DNA of 64,000 nucleotides, from assembly GCA_052327205.1 (NCBI GenBank), contig CM126224.1, forward strand, positions 63,302,001-63,366,000. The letters run 5' to 3'. Each line of letters begins with the position of its first letter. The stretch's first letter is position 1. Made by a program: the position numbers and the translations under genes. This document shows, piece by piece, positions 1 through 10,969 of this stretch. This stretch comes from Somniosus microcephalus. Taxonomy: Eukaryota. The notes under the pieces are model-generated. The model saw only the letters and a program-made list of their open reading frames with translations. It did not search any database and was not told the DNA's origin.

Positions 1-1760
1 ATGTGACACCATTGTTTCAAGAAAGGGTGTAAGGACAATTCTAGTAACTACAGGGCAGTCAGTTTAACATCAGTGGTGGGTAAAGTTTTAGAAACAATAA
101 TCAAGGAAAAAATTAATGGGTACTTGGAGAGGTTTAAGCTAATTAAGGAGAGCCAACACGGGTTTGTAAAAGGCAGATCGTGTTTGACTAATCTAATTGA
201 ATTTTTTGATGAAGTAACAGGGAGGATCGATGAAGGGAATGCAATGGATGTTGTCTACATGGATTGTCGGAAGGCATTTGACAAAGTACCACATAGAAGG
301 CTGGTTAACAAAATTGAGGCTCATGGAATAGGTGGGTCAGTGGCAGCTTGGATAAAGAATTGGCTTAAGGATAGAAAACAGTGAGTTGTGGTAAATGGCT
401 GTTTTTTAGACTAGAGGATGGTAGACAGTGGTGTTTCCCAAGGGTCAGTGCTGGGGCCACTGCTTTTTTTGATATATATAAATGACTTGGATATTGGAAT
501 ACAGAGCAGTTTTTCTAAATTTGCCGATTACACCGAACTTGAGAGTGTGGCAAACAGTGAGGATGATACCAATCGACTGCAACAGGGCATATAAAGGCTA
601 GCAGAATGGGCAGACAAGTGGCAGATGGAATTGATACAGAGAAGTGTGAGGTGATGCATTTTGGCAGAAGGAACAGGGAGAGACAATATACACTTAATGG
701 CATCATTGTAAAGAAGAGTGTGAAGGGACAGAGGAACCTGGGAGTTAACGAGCATAGGTCCCTGAAGGTGGCAGGACATATTGAGAGAGTGGTTAGCAAA
801 GCATATGGGATCTTGGGCTTCATAGATAGAGGTACAGGAAACTTTCTGGTATCCGGCACAGACGGGACCGAGCTGGTGCCGGTCTATCAACAATGCCGGA
901 GAATCGAGCGCTATAGTTAAAACATACGGAGCTTCTGAGCTCCGTATCTAGCAACAAACCCTGTTGCTTAGCAACAGCTTCAAAACAATCAGCACAGCTT
1001 GCAAGCGTCTCTGTAGCTTAGCAACAGCTTCAGTTAGACGCTTGCACAGCCAGAAATGAGTAAAAAAAGTAACTAAAAGTAAAAAAAGTTATCTGAACCG
1101 ACTCCTGAATTTTGCCGGTTAACCGACATTTCCGGTTATTTAGTGGCCAGTTAATCGAAAGTTTCCTGTATTGAGTACAAAAGTAGGGAAGTTATGCTGA
1201 ATCTTTATAAAGCGCTGGTTAGGCCACAACTAGAGTATTGCGTCCAGTTCTGGTCACCACACTTTAGGAAGGATGTGAAGGCCCTTGAGAGGGTGCAGAG
1301 GAGATTTACCAGAATGGTTCCGGGGATGGCTACAGGGACAGGTTGGAGAAGCTGGATATGTTTTCATTAGAGCAAAGTAGGTTGAGAGGTGATTTGATAG
1401 AGGTGTACAAGATTATGACGGGTTTGGATAGGCTAGACGGGGAAAGGCTGTTCCCACTAGTTGATGGTACAAGGACTAGGGGACACAGATTTAAGGTTTT
1501 GGGCAAGAGATACGGGAGGATGTGAGGAAAAAAACTTTTACGCAGCGAGTGGTGAGGACCTGGAATTCACTGCCGCCGGAAGTGGTGGAAGCGGAGACAC
1601 TCAAGTTTTCAAGGGGAGACTGGAAAGGCACGTAAGCGAAATAAACTTGCAGAGTTACAGGGATAGAGCGGGGGAATGGGACTGACTGGATTGCTCTACA
1701 GAGAGCCGGCATGGACTCGATGGGCCGAATGGCCTCCTTCTGTGCCGTATGACTATGAAT
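1..1760 (+). mobile_element. CR1 LINE, degraded 3' part (RT to 3' tail), split by a TA-TSD MITE
   Basis: Frameshifted RT peptides ([42 protein letters not shown]) followed by the 3' tail GGGCCGAATGGCCTCCTTCTGTG. Confidence 0.9.
835..1168. mobile_element. Tc1/mariner-superfamily (pogo/Tigger-like) MITE, 334 bp
   Basis: TIRs CAGGAAACTTTC...GAAAGTTTCCTG; TA duplicated at 833-834 and 1169-1170; removing it restores the CR1 sequence GATAGAGGTATTGAGTACAAA. Confidence 0.88.
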
Positions 1761-3300
1761 GGCCTGTTTCTGTGCCATATATCATATGTAATCCTAAGTA
1801 ATATTACAGTATATATGGTGTCACAGTCCATGTGGTGTCACAGTCCATGTAATATTACAATGTATGTGATGTTACAGTCCATGTGATGTTACAGTGGATA
1901 GAGTGTTATAGAGCATATGGCTTTATATTTCAGTCTGAGACCATTTCATCTTTTAATGGAAAAGTAAATAAACATTTTTTTTGATTACATCTCAGTGAAG
2001 TGCTTTGAGACATATTCCTATGGTAAAGATGCTATATAAATGCAAGTTGTTGTTACAGTGCACCTGGCATTATATAGTGCATATAATGTTGCAGTGCATG
2101 TGATGTGTGTTCTATGTGTGTTCCTACTATTGTTTAAGTTGATCTTGTGATTTGTGAACTTCTACATATTGATTTGCCATAGAATCATACAGCTTTATAG
2201 TACACAGGACCATTTCGACCACCGTAAATGTGTGATGGCTGTTTGCTAGAGCACTTCAAAACTAATCCCACTGCCCTACTCTTTCCCCATAGCCCTGTAT
2301 CTTTTTTTGCTTTAAATGTTTATTTAATTTTCCCTTAAGAGGTGCAGTCGTCGTAACCTTAACTAGTCCCTGAGGGCTCAATAGTTTCCAGAGCAGTACC
2401 TGTTGCTGCTTGTGTAGGATATTGTGGTGGTACAGAGGTACCGCTAACATGATTATCATTTGCCTGTTCCTGTGCTTCTCCACACATGCTACTGCAGATC
2501 AGTTGGCATGTAGAACAAAGCCCATTATCAGCTCCCTGAATCCCTGCCTGATGATTGTCTGGCCTAGAAATTCAGTATAGCCACTTTTGGGGCGGTAAAG
2601 TCGGGCGGTCGCTAAAGTCAGCGCCCGCCGGAAAGTGCAGGTCACTTCGCCGAAATTCAGTAGATTTGGCCAAGAGTTTGGGCGAACGCTGAAACTGGCG
2701 TTGCACTCCTATCTTTAGGCGCTAAGCCGGCGGTGCGGACTGATAACGCCAAGGCCGGGCGCAGCGCAGGTGCAGTCATGTTTTGATTGACAGCAGACAC
2801 CCTGACGCCGGCCAGCTCTTAAAGGGGGAAGGGTCGACTTGGTCTGCAGCCACGCCCTGGATAGTGGAGCCCTGCAGCTAGGCCTGAACACTGCTGGTGG
2901 ACCCAAATAGCGCCTGAAGCCATGGAGAAGGCCCGTGAACGAGCGCAGCGCTTCTCCCAGCATGCTTTGAGGGTGCTGGTTAGGGGGTTGGAAAGGTACA
3001 AAGAGATCTTGTGCCCGGACAGTGGCAAGAAGGCACCCAGGAGGCAGTACAGGAGAGCCTGGAGGAAAATCGCCCACAGGGTGTCAGTCAACAGCGATGT
3101 CCCCAGGACTGGTGACCAATGCCGCAAGAAGTACAACGACCTCAGTCGGTTGGTCAGGGTGAGTACCCTTTCCAGTGTCCTCCTCATCCTTGCATGTGCA
3201 CCTCACATTATGGGCAAAGGGACCTCAAAGGCCTAATGGCCAGCCCTCCTCCCGCAGCTATGGCACTGGCATGATCCTCAATAGCACTTTCTGCACTTAA

Positions 3301-3466
3301 CACACTGGCCAAGCTATTCGACCATGGGGGGCAGTGCACACAACAACAGGGCACCACACTGGACAAGCTATTCGACCATGGGAGGCAGTGCACACAACAA
3401 CAGGGCACCACACTGGCCAAGCTATTCGACCATGGGAGGCAGTGCACACAACAACAGGCCACCACA
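3301..3466 (+). repeat. 54-bp tandem repeat, about 3 copies, in Myb gene intron 1
   Basis: Unit CACACTGGCCAAGCTATTCGACCATGGGAGGCAGTGCACACAACAACAGGGCAC. Confidence 0.9.
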
Positions 3467-3616
3467 ATGTACTTAGAGGCCGTCCTTTCTCTTGCAGGCC
3501 AAGATGGCCCGGAATTTGAAGAGCCAGAATGTCACCGGGGGAGGCCGTGCCCAGTTCCAGGAGCTCAGTGAGCTGGAGGAGAGCGTGGCTCGACTCATGC
3601 GTGGCCGGATGGTTGG

Positions 3617-6600
3617 TGATGTGCCTCAATAATTCCGAGACTCGAAGTTAGCAGAACAAAAACAAGGCTTTTATTAACTTAGAAAGTAACACGTAAGAGA
3701 GAGAGATGTCTTCCTTCTGGAGACTGAGGCCAGACTGAAGCTAGCTTACAAACGGGGCCAGGTATGGGCGGAGCCCTACACACAGCACATTCCAGTATAC
3801 AATACAGCACATTCCAGTACACAATACAATGAGGTCTGGGGGAAGGGAAATGACACTGAAACCGATCTCAGTCACAGGCAGTGGTGAATGGAATATTTCA
3901 TCACATTCACCCCTTCTATAGATTTAGTCTGTTCGGGGGTTTGATAGTCCTCTGCGACCGACATGGCTGTTGCGGTGCCGCGGGTGTCGGCTGGGTGTCC
4001 CCGGTAGCCTCCTGGGTCTCTGCCGGGGGTGCCGCCAGGGTTGTTGGAGGGGTAGTTGGTGGGGGTGCCGTTGGTCGGTGTTCTTCCGGGGGTGATGAAA
4101 GAGTAGTGGGTGGGTAAGAGTTGTTGTGATCGTCATTGCCGCTATTGCCGTGGTTGTTGTCGTGCCGGCTGGGGCGACGTCTTTTATGGACACGGTGTCC
4201 TCCCTTCCGTCGGCGTGCCGGACATATGCGTATTGGGGGTTGGCGTGGAGTAGGTGTACTGGCTCCACGAGAGGGTCCGTCTTGTGGCCCCTCACATGCC
4301 TTCGCACGAGTACCAGACCTGGGGTGGAGAGCCATGACGGCATGGATACGCCTGAGGTGGATTTCCGGGGAAAGACAAACATTCGTTCATGAGGCGTGGT
4401 ATTAGTGGCCGTACACAATAGCGACCGTATCGAATGGAGCACATCCGAGAGGACTTCCTGCCAGCGGGAGATAGGGAGGCCCTTGGTCCTTAGAGCTAGA
4501 GTGACTGCTTTCCATACTGTCCCGTTCTCTCGCTCCACTTGGCCGTTACCCCGGGGGTTGTAGCTGGTGGTACGGCTCGTGGCGATCCCCTTGGACAGCA
4601 TGTACTGGCGTAGCTCTTCACTCATGAAGGACGCCCCCCTATCCGTATGGATGTAGCTCGGCATACCGGACAGGCAGGACAGGCTGTTGAGGCATTTAAT
4701 GACCGTGGCGCTGGTCATGTCTGGGCAGGGGAAGGCGAATGGGAACCGGGAGTATTCGTCCACAATGTTCAGGAAGTAAACATTGCGGTCGACGGACGGG
4801 AGGGGGCCCTTGAAATCTAAGCTGAGCCGCTCAAAGGGCCGTGTAGCTTTGATTAAGTGGGCTCTATCTGGGCGGTAGAACCGAGGCTTGCACTCAGCGC
4901 AAATGCGGCAGTTCCTGGTCAGGGACCGAACTTCCTCAATCGAGTAGGGTAAGTTACGGGACTTTATGAAGTGGAACAGCCGCGTGACCCCTGGGTGGCA
5001 GAGGTCGTTGTGGAGGGTCTGTAGCCGATCCCCGGTGGCGCTGGCACACATCCCTCGTGAGAGGGCGTCCGGGGATTCGTTAAGGGCCCCTGGCCGGTAA
5101 ATGATGTCGTACTCGAAGGTGGAGAGCTCGATCCGTCACCTAAGAATCTTATCATTTTTAATCTTCCCCCTCTGTTTATTATTGAACATAAACGCTACCG
5201 ACCGCTGGTCGGTAAGTAGGGTGAAGCGTTTGCCGGCTAGGTAGTGGCGCCAGTGGCGCACTGCCTCCACGATGGCTTGGGCCTCCTTTTCCACGGAGGA
5301 GTGTCTGATCTCGGGCCCTTGGAGGGTCCTCGAGAAGAAAGCTACGGGCCGCCCCGCCTGGTTGAGGGTGGCCGCCAAGGCGAAGTCAGACGCATCACTT
5401 TCCACTTGAAATGGAGTGTTCTCGTCCACTGCCTGTAGCGTGGCCCGCTCAATATCCTGCTTAATGCTTTTGAAGGCGGCGTGGGCCTCAGCAGAGAGTG
5501 GGAAAGAGGATGCTTTCAAGAGGGGGCGGGCTTTGTCGGAGTAGTTGGGGACCCATTGGGAATAATAAGAAAATAACCCCAGGCACCTTTTCAGGGCTTT
5601 GGGAGTGTTGGGCAGGGGCAGCTCCCGTAGGGGGCGCAATCGGTCGGGGTCTGGCCCGATTTCCCCATTCTCCACCACGCTGCCTAGTATGCAGAGGCGC
5701 GTGGTGTTGTAAACGCACTTGTCCTCGTTGTAGGTGAGGTTGAGTTTTTGTGCGGTTTTCAGGAACCTCTCGAGGTTCGAGTCGTGATCCTGCTGGTTGT
5801 GACCGCAGATGGTGACGTTGTCGAGGTAGGGGAAGGTTGCCTGCAAGTGGTGGTCATCGACCATGCGGTCCATCTCCCTCTGGAAGACCGAGACCCCATT
5901 CGTCACCCCAAAGGGGACTCTAAGGAATTGGTAGAGGCGTCCGTTCGCCTCGAAGGCGGTGTACGGGCGGTCCTCTGGTCTGATAGGGAGCTGGTGGTAC
6001 GCTGACTTGAGGTCGATGGTGGAGAACACCCGGTATTGGGCGATTTGGTTCACCATTTCTGATATGCGGGGTAGCGGGTAGGCGTCTAGTAGGGTGTACC
6101 TGTTGATCGTTTGACTATAGTCGATCACCATCCGTTTCTTCTCGCTACCCCTTACCACTACCACTTGGGCGCGCCACGGGCTGTTGCTGCGTTCAATAAT
6201 GCGCTCTTTCAGGAGCCTGTCTACCTCGGTCGCGATAAACCGCCTGTCCTCCCAGCTGTACCTCCTGCTTTTGGTCGCTATTGGCCGGCAGTTAGGGGTA
6301 AGGTTCGCGAATAGCGAAGGCGGCTTTACCTTCAGGGTAGCCAGACCGCACACTGTGAGGGGCGGCTGGGACCCACCGTACTTGAGCGTGATGCTTTGGT
6401 GGTTGCACTGGAAATCCAGGCCCAAGATCACGCTCGCACATAGGTTCTTCATGATTAATACTTTAAAATTATTATATACAGTTCCGTTAACGCACAATTG
6501 TACCGTGCAGTAACCCAGAATGGTCGATGTCTGGGTTTTATCAGCCATAGAGATGGTACCCTGAGTAGGGACCACCTTTAGGGAGAGTTGTTGTGCCAGT

Positions 6601-8013
6601 TCTGGGTGGATAAAGCTCTCCGTGCTTCCACTGTCAATTAAGCATTTAACCCGGCACCCGTTTACCTCGATGTCCACCATTGATCTGGATAGTGGGTGCG
6701 GCCTGGTCTGGTCCACTGTGACCGATGCCACTGTAGGGCCCTGATCGATACAAGATGGCGTCCACGCTGTCTGCTCACAAGATGGCGGACCCCACGAGGT
6801 CGGGCAAGATGGCGTCCAAGATGGCCGCTCCCACGGCGCACACGCGGCGGTGGCGGGTTTTCCGGCGGTTGGTTTTCCGGCGGGGTTCCCTCTGCACACC
6901 TTCCCGAAGTGCCCCTTCTTACCGCACTTAAAGCAGGTGGTGCCTTTCGCCGGGCACAGGTTTCTGGTGTGCTTTGGCTGCCCGCAGAAGTAGCAGTTGG
7001 GTCCCTGACGCGTCGCGGCTGTCGTAGGGCTTCTGGGGGGAGAGTGGGGCCCAGCCGGTGTCTGGCTGTCGGGCGGGGAAGATGCCTTCCAAGATGGCGG
7101 CGCCCTCGGTGCACACGTGGCGGCGTGGACGGCGCGGGCTGAAGAGTAGGCGTCCGAGTTTCTCTGGGCCACATCCAGGGATCGCGCGGTGTCCGCAGCC
7201 TGTTTCAGGTCCAACCCCGTTTTTTCCAGCAGTCTTTGCCGGATGTAAGTGGAGCTGAGGCCTGTGATGAAGGCATCGTGAACAAGCTCGTCAGTGTACA
7301 CTGCGGCTTTTACATCTCGGCACTTGCAGTCTTTGCCAAGCATTTTCAGGGTGCTTAGGAACTCCTCCACCGATTCCCCAGGTCGCTGTGCGCGGGTAGC
7401 GAGCAGGTGCCTAGCATACACCTCATTCGTAGGCTGCTGGTAATGCGCCTTTAAGATGTCGCAGGCGGCCAGGTACGTCTCGGCGTCTTGGATGAGGGGG
7501 TAAACCCGGTGGCTTACCCAATTCCGCAGAATTCCGAGTCTCATCCTCGCAGCGTCCGTAGCGTCTTTGACGGCTGCGGAATTGTCCAGGAAGAATTCCA
7601 TACACTCAAACCAGTGTCCGAAGTGTGCTGATGCGTCCGGAGCATGTTGATCCAAATCCAAACGTTCGGGTTTCAGGAGTTGATCCATAGTGTTGAAAAA
7701 TAAGTTAATAAAATTGATGTGCCTCAATAATTCCGAGACTCGAAGTTAGCAGAACAAAAACAAGGCTTTTATTAACTTAGAAAGTAACACGTAAGAGAGA
7801 GAGATGTCTTCCTTCTGGAGACTGAGGCCAGACTGAAGCTAGCTTACAAACGGGGCCAGGTATGGGCGGAGCCCTACACACAGCACATTCCAGCACATTC
7901 CAGTATACAATACAGCACATTCCAGTACACAATACAATGAGGTCTGGGGGAAGGGAAATGACACTGAAACCGATCTCAGTCACAGGCAGTGGTGAATGGA
8001 ATATTTCATCACA
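3617..8013 (-). mobile_element. Full-length Ty3/Gypsy LTR retrotransposon (Mag-like gag with two CCHC knuckles)
   Basis: LTRs 3617-3905 and 7715-8013 (TG...CA) appear identical except a 10-bp duplication; 5-bp TSD GTTGG (3612-3616, 8014-8018); PPT AAGGGGTGAA on the minus strand next to 3905. Confidence 0.96.
3916..7688 (-). pseudogene. gag-pol polyprotein (gag-PR-RT-RNaseH-IN) with one nonsense codon and a distal frameshift
   Basis: CYFCGQPKHTRNLC and CFKCGKKGHFGKVC; LIDSGS; YLDN; ESDASD; integrase HNDLCH...CRIC, LDFKGP, HTDRG, QVER. TGA at 5136-5138 sits where Trp is expected (KILR*RIEL) and the frame continues; the natural C-terminus RSQRTIKPPNRLNL is in another frame. Confidence 0.92.
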
Positions 8014-8369
8014 GTTGGCCCTGTTGCCATTGGAGATGCCGACCCTGTGCTGCGACCCAATGGTAAGGACATGACCGTTTGGACCTCTCTCGTTCCCCTA
8101 GCGCATCAGATCTACATCCTTTGCCACTGTCCGACCAATGCGCTGAATGCCACCACTCATGCCTCCCTCGCTGATGCCCTGTCCTCACTCTAAAGCTACT
8201 CTTGTGCCTTCCTGCTTTCAGCTGGTGAGGAGGAGGTCCCTGAAGCTGAGAGTGCCAGTCCCTCGGAAGAGGAGGACAACGAGGACCAACAGGAAGGCGG
8301 CACATCGGGGGAAGCCTCATCCGCGCCAGGGGATGGCAATGGAGGGGAGACGTCTTGCCTGGAGGAGAG

Positions 8370-8862
8370 CCAGGGGGAAGTGCTGCAGGGGGGTGTAGCT
8401 CCTGGGCCCAGTGGCGTCCAGGCACGTGGGAAGGGTCGGGCAGAACGGCGGCCTTCTCCCCAGAGGGGGCAAGTGTTGCAGGGGAGGCCAGTTGCTGGGC
8501 CCAGTGGCGTCCAGGCACGTGGGAAGGGTCGGGCAGAACGGCGGCCTTCTCCCCAGAGGGAGAGTCCGGCCTCCAGTCCGGAGACGGTCCTCGCCCAGGA
8601 GGTGCGCCTCCTAGATGAAATGTCCGCGGATTCTGAGCGTCGCCACAAGGAGTTCATGGGGGTTGTGGGACAGTTGCCTCAGGCCATTGAGTCCCTGGCT
8701 CATAGTGTGGCCGCTTTTGGGGACTCACAGGCCAGGGGTGTCGACCAACTCGCGGCAGCACAGGCCAGGGGTGTCGAACAACTCGCGGCAGCACAGGCCA
8801 GGGGTGTCGACCAACTCGCGGCAGCACAGGACAGGGGTGTCCATCAACTCACGGCAGCGCAG
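8370..8862 (+). repeat. Coding tandem repeats in Myb exon 3: 93-bp x2 and 33-bp x4 (QARGVDQLAAA)
   Basis: Visible in the DNA and in the translation of ORF 8380-9399. Confidence 0.85.
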
Positions 8863-9736
8863 GACGCGAGTCGCGAGTTCATGAGTGGTGCCGTGCAGAC
8901 ACTCACTGATCTGAAGCGGGCACAGACCACGGCAGTTCGGGCACTCACTTCTGCCACACTCGCTGTGTCGCGGAAGCATCGCCAGGGCACCCGCTGCCCT
9001 GCTGCAGCACAGCGGTCTGGCCTCCACCAGATTGCTGCGCTTGCTGCACTGCCAGCCCGGCCGAGTGCCAGTGTCTCTGGCGACCAGCGAGCGCCTGGCA
9101 TCAGCCAGCTTGCCCCCATTGCTGCAGCTGCCACTGCAACTCCCCCAGCCAAGCTGCGACGAGCTGCTGCAGACACTGATGCTGCCCAGCCACAGCTGCA
9201 GCAGTCAGCAGCCGGCCCCTCCAGGGCCGGACCTCGTCTAGGCCGACCCCCAAGGGCATCTGCCATCACGCATTCTGCCCCTCAGGAGCCTTCCCCCAGC
9301 CTTGCAACACCCACAGGGCCCAGGTTGAGGCGGAGCAACAGGTCGGGCAGGGGCCGCACAATGCTGCACAAGGACTCGCCCTCTCGGCACACCCAGTAGA
9401 GTGTGTTGGCAACGGTTTTTTTTATATGGGGGTGTTTGTGTTGTGGGGGGGGCTTCTTTTGGTAAGGCCGAGGATGAAGGCCAATTGGATGGGCAAGTTT
9501 TGTTATTCCTCCCCAGGTTGTGGGAGTGAGATATTTTTGTGACTGTTTTTTGGGGGTCTTGTCTGTTTTTCTGTTTCATGTGGGAAGGGCCCTGAGTTTG
9601 TTAAATAAAGCTTTTTATTTATTCAGCTTGTCCAGGTGTCATGTTTCCAGTGGTTGTTGCGTTAAGCGGCTGAGGGCTTGCGGAGCGGCTGCATTCAGGC
9701 GCGTTCATTGCCACAATCCATTCCCTGACAGGGGGC

Positions 9737-10969
9737 CTAGAAGTGTCGTTCAATAAGCCGCCGGCGGACGGCCCTTGGACCTTGTGGCTCCCTCCTGGGC
9801 TGGTACTCCTCCTCCTCCTCCTCCTCATGGTCCTCCTGCGCGTCCTCCTGAGGTGGTGGTGCAACGTCAGGTGGCAGTGCCTGAGTCCTGCGGATAGCCA
9901 GGTTGTGCAGCATGCAGCAAACGACGACGAACTGGGAGACTCTATCCGGCAAATACTGTAGAGATCCGCCGGAGCGATCCAGGCAGCGGAACCGTTGCTT
10001 GAGGACGCCAATCGTTTGCTCTATGATGTTCCTTGTGGCTTGATGGCTTTCGTTGTATGCCTCCTCCGCAGGGGTCCTGGGCGCGTGGAGCGGGGTCATG
10101 AGCCATGTACACAAAGGGTAGCCCTTGTCCCCAATAAGCCATCCCCTTGGTGGAGGCTGTGCCTCGAACATGTCAGCCACAGTAGTCTGGCGCAGGATAA
10201 ATGCATCGTGGCTGCTTCCTGGAAAGCGGGCATTGACAGCTAGGATGCGCTGCCTGTGGTCACACACCAGCTGTACATTGAGGGAATGGTAGCCCTTCCG
10301 GTTGCGGTAATCCTCGGCATTGTCGATAGGTGCCCGCATAGCCACATGCGTGCAGTCAATGGCGCCCTGCACCATGGGGAAGTCCGCGATCCTGCCAAAT
10401 CCGACTGCACGCTGCCCCTGCCTCTCTAGGGTCATGGGGAAGGAGATGAATTGGTGTCTCCTCGCGAAAAGGGCATCGGTGACCTGCCGGATGCAGCGAT
10501 GCGCGGCGAACTGGGAGATGTTCGCTCTGTCCCCAACAGCGGCTTGGAAGGAGCCACTTGCATAAAAGTTCAGAGCCACCGTGACCTTCACTTCCACCGA
10601 GAGAGACGTCCTGCACATCAGCTGTGGACGCAGATCTCTGTGAAGCAGCTGGCAGATCGCTGCAACCACCTCCCTTCTGAAGCGCAGCCTCTTAACACAA
10701 TGCGCGGCAGTCATGGTGAGATAGGACACCTGCTGCCGGTATTCCCTGAGTGGGTAAGGCCTACGTTGCCGACGCCTGATGGCCCCTCTGCGTCTAGGCA
10801 TGGCTGGCCCTCTCACACAGCGTCTGCGAGCCCTTCGCACATAATGCTGGAACTGAGGGTTGGAACCCCATACAGCCCCCATAATAAACTTGCAAACAGT
10901 GAAATCACAATGATTCAAATTTCCAAGCTCTGGCCAGAAGCCAAAAATACCTCTCCTATGTTGTCCCAA
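9737..10969 (-). CDS. Harbinger DDE transposase (HARBI1-family nuclease), uninterrupted; the true start may be the downstream MGAVWG
   Basis: Motifs GAIDCTH, NRKGYHSLNVQ, PGSSHDAFI, IGDKGYP, IEQTIGVLKQRFRCL, CCMLHN. Confidence 0.93.
   Translation of the reverse strand: MGQHRRGIFGFWPELGNLNHCDFTVCKFIMGAVWGSNPQFQHYVRRARRRCVRGPAMPRRRGAIRRRQRRPYPLREYRQQVSYLTMTAAHCVKRLRFRREVVAAICQLLHRDLRPQLMCRTSLSVEVKVTVALNFYASGSFQAAVGDRANISQFAAHRCIRQVTDALFARRHQFISFPMTLERQGQRAVGFGRIADFPMVQGAIDCTHVAMRAPIDNAEDYRNRKGYHSLNVQLVCDHRQRILAVNARFPGSSHDAFILRQTTVADMFEAQPPPRGWLIGDKGYPLCTWLMTPLHAPRTPAEEAYNESHQATRNIIEQTIGVLKQRFRCLDRSGGSLQYLPDRVSQFVVVCCMLHNLAIRRTQALPPDVAPPPQEDAQEDHEEEEEEEYQPRREPQGPRAVRRRLIERHF

Larger units (their letters stand above)
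2922..9399 (+). pseudogene. Harbinger Myb/SANT-like DNA-binding protein gene. Exons: 2922-3158; 3498-3616 plus 8019-8062; 8222-9399. About 525 aa once the Gypsy is removed.
   Basis: Exon 1 has RFS...AWRKIA...RTGDQCRKKYNDL; exon 2 has the TGGG motif. Donors GTGAGT (3159) and GTAAGG (8063), acceptors TTGCAG (3497) and TTTCAG (8221); phases 0 and 1 join into ORF 8380-9399. Confidence 0.85.

Noticed and set aside
3301-3466. Cys/His-rich repeat ORFs as metal-binding proteins
   Set aside because: They are translations of a 54-bp intronic minisatellite.
9737-10969. Domesticated host HARBI1 gene
   Set aside because: It lies between TIRs and a TSD with a partner Myb gene, so it is a transposon gene.
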